From NCBI RefSeq assembly GCF_036321535.1, contig NC_087436.1, forward strand, positions 93,684,001 to 93,748,000: 64,000 bases of DNA, written 5' to 3'. Both the position numbers and the translations under genes were made by a program. A model generated the notes under the pieces. That model saw nothing but the letters and a program-made list of their open reading frames with translations, ran no database searches and had not been told where the DNA came from. The DNA is from Camelus dromedarius (lineage: Eukaryota). Each line of letters begins with the position of its first letter. Position 1 is the stretch's first letter. Positions 61,081 to 64,000 of the stretch are shown piece by piece.

Positions 61081-64000
61081 TTTGTTACTCATTTTTGCAC
61101 TTTCGGAAAAGAGCTGTTGAAGAATAAGCATCAAAGTGTAAATGTTGACTTTTTTTTTTCAAAACTTGAAAAAAATATTTTAAAAGGCAGATTGATTAAA
61201 TATTTGATTACATATTTTCATTGAATACTTTGAGTTCCTCCCATTCTCTGGCGTGAGTGTTCATTCCCAGAGCTATTCTGCTTGGTGTTATTTCCCCAAT
61301 TTAAGGAAAAGTAATGGTGGTCATAAACCTTCCTGGCCGCACGGGGGCAGCACCAAATAGCACAGGTTACTCTATGCCACTTGGTTCTTTGACAGAAAAT
61401 GGATCTCACTCTTGGTCAAGCTCGATTCTCCCCCCACCTCCCCTACCGCCTTCATACACCTGTTTCCTCTTTCTTTGGCCACAGGGACTGGTGGTGAAGC
61501 TTTTCAGATCAGAAACTAAATTACAACAGTAGAATTACATACGGAAATTTGCATAAATTCATTATATCGGGAGGGCTCTTGTTTCCTTTTTATCAGCATG
61601 AGGAAACAGTACACTTAATGTGCTGTCGTGGAGTTAGCCATTGGCATTTCTCCGCCGACAGAAATACCATTGATTTTACTGAGCTTGTTTAGATTGAAAC
61701 CCAGGTGCTCTTGGACTCAAGGGACAAAAAGCAACCAGTATTCTTTTTCACCTTCCTTATTGTTAATAAATTCATTTAGTATTTACAGGCTGTAGGGTTC
61801 TGTGGTAGGCAGTTAGAGAAAGTGGGGGGATGTGTCCCTGGCTTCTAGTTTTAGGGCGTAGGACCACCCCACAGTAATACTGGTGTCTTTGGGCTCACCC
61901 ACCCCCCAGGGTCACCAGGATGCCATACTGACAGCAGCTTCTGCTGATCCTGAACCCACCTGGTTCCACCTGGTTTCCACTTGGGCATTTCTCAGTATCC
62001 CATCCAAGCCTTGGTTTCCATGCCAGAAATTATTATGCAAATGAGGACACTTTTGAGAGTAAAAGGAGCTGCTTTTAATACTTTTGCCAGAACAGCAAAC
62101 ATAAACCAGAACCATCCAATGGACAATTGGAACACGGGGTCACGCTAATGACAAATCTCCTTTCATTCCCCACTTTGACGACTCCAGTTAAGATGTACAT
62201 GGCACCGTATTTGTTGGCTCTTTCACGTGGCAAATGTTCATTGAGTGTTTTCTAGGTGCTAGGTTCTCTACTTGTGTTATATTGTTTTATCCTCATGAGA
62301 ACCCTCTGAGGTAACTGTTAACTGTTATTTCCATTTTTGCAAATTAAAAAAAAAAATTAAGACTTTGTTAGTTACTTGGCCAAGATCACAGTACCTGTAA
62401 GTCAGGGCTAAGACTTTAATTTAGGCTGTCCCTGCTCTTGGGCTGCATACACTCAAACTGTATTGACATCACTGGCTGTGTTCTTGAGCCTGGCCCCATC
62501 GGATGCTGTTCCCCCAAGGAGGTCACAGACGTATGGTAGGGTCGTTAAGAGAGGTCAGACCCAGAGGTCAGACTGCTTGGGTTTGAATCCTGGGTCCACC
62601 ACTTATCAACCTTGTGCTTCACTCACTTTCGTTATCTATAAAATGGGTACAGTAACTTAGTATTGAGCTCTTAGGATTGAGGTGAGAAGTAAATGAATTC
62701 ATGCCTTTGGACATTTGAACAATGCCTTCTTGTCTGTATCAGATGGTACAGATGTGCTGTGATTATTTTCTGCTTTCCAGGGGGGTCAGGATAGAATAAA
62801 TGTTCTCAAATAAAGGGAGTTTGCTGGTATGGAGGAAAACCTCCACATATTTGGTGAAGGTGGAAAAGTTGAATTTTCCCATTATAAGATGGGTAACACG
62901 ATCAAAATTGCAGGTCAAGGTAGGTTGTGGCATGGTGATTTTACCCACTAGGGACTATGCTGGGAACCAGCAAGGAAGGGAGATTCCTTAGCTGCACGGT
63001 GCCCCCTGGAGGGAGCAGAAAATGAGTGCTTCTGGGCGGAGGCCTGTGCGGTTGTGCTGTGCTGTGCACCGGTGGCATTTCTGACATGTCCCCCCGGAGG
63101 AGCAGTTTGGTCACAGGGCTAAGGGAGCAGAACTGCAGAGGGGGCAGCCGTTGTACCTGTGGACATCCTCTTCCCTTTGAGCAGCTTCTCTGCAGCAGAT
63201 GCACACGCGCAGTTGAAATGTGAGGGTGTCTCCCAGGACCTTTCCCCGGGATGCAGGGTCCTGCCTAGCTTCTGCAGTTGCTGCAGGGATGACCCTCTCT
63301 TCATGGCTTATTTGTAAAGGGCATCATGTGCCCGTCGGCGCACGGGAGCTGCTCCGCTCCAGGCAGTTACCGAGGTTCTGTTGTTCCCCCCAGGATGGGA
63401 GGATCCACGTTCTGTTAGCATAACTAGGTTGTCTTTGGTATTTTGGTAGTTCCCCCCCCCCCCAGAAGGTGTGATTAGCAATTCAGGAAGGAGGCACCTA
63501 GTCTGGGTGTGGGGGCTGAGATGTGGAAGGTTGAATTAGGTTGAATGTGGTCACTTTGGGACCGTTTGCTGCATTTCTTCACTTTTTATGAAGTTCACTT
63601 GTGGAAACTTTAGAAGATGCTATTTGAGACCCAGCCTCCTGGCTCCACAGAAGTGTGGCACCTTGTCTGCCTCTCCTGTCCTGGGGAAGGTGATCTCTTC
63701 AATTGATGTGCAGCCTTGGGGAGGCCCCAGACCACAGGTTGCGATGAGAGACCCCACTTCCAGGCACCTGGCAGCCCTGGAGATTAACAGCTAGGCAGAT
63801 GTGGTTGCCAGATCGCCCTCTCATGTCCCATGAATTTCTTTGTACAATTTTGGATTTTTTCACTTGTTACAATACGCATATGATACTTAATTTTTTTAAA
63901 AAAAATGAATACTTGAACTTTTAAAAGGAGGATAAGGAGCATGATCTCAACTCAGTATCTCTAAATGACAAAAGAATGAATGGAACATGTGTGCTAAGGT

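Larger units (their letters stand above)
1..64000 (+). other. APBB2: Internal portion of the APBB2 (FE65L1) gene; mostly intronic. No upstream exon or PTB1 exon was found in the window.
   Basis: Four in-frame exons with splice signals encode a peptide I recognise as the APBB2 WW domain and linker. No other convincing gene was seen. Confidence 0.9.

Noticed and set aside
1..64000. A novel multi-gene, defence or CRISPR-type system
   Set aside because: The sequence is a mammalian intron-exon region. I saw no operon, spacer array, intact transposase/RT, mitochondrial insert or processed pseudogene.

Overview
Mammalian genomic DNA, not prokaryotic. Five tRNA-derived SINE copies resembling the Vic-1 family suggest a camelid (alpaca/camel); this is my inference. 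The window lies inside the + strand gene APBB2 (FE65-like 1). It holds four coding exons: the WW-domain exon (24231-24436) and three small exons for the WW-PTB1 linker (32883-32945, 33285-33370, 33462-33522). They splice in frame to ...DVWSDHSFQTDPDLPPGWKRVNDIAGTYYWHIPTGTTQWERP...ENE|KQPWSDFAVLNGGKINSDIWK|DLHAATVNPDPSLKEFEGATLRYASLKLR|NAPHADDDDSCSINSDPEAK. The rest is intron filled with L1/L2, MIR, tRNA-SINE, solo LTR and DNA-transposon relics, and nearly all ORF-track entries are spurious. I found no new multi-gene system. The best leads are a candidate in-frame 9-nt microexon (GTCATCAAG, V-I-K) with neural-microexon-like signals, a GC-AG donor on a symmetric 63-nt exon, a NAGNAG acceptor, two long-range direct repeats (one carrying a CTCF-like motif), five co-oriented CTCF-like motifs, and several very short or nested retrotransposon insertions with intact target-site duplications (TSDs). 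Repeat family names come from memory of consensus sequences. Boundaries are approximate unless TSDs are quoted.
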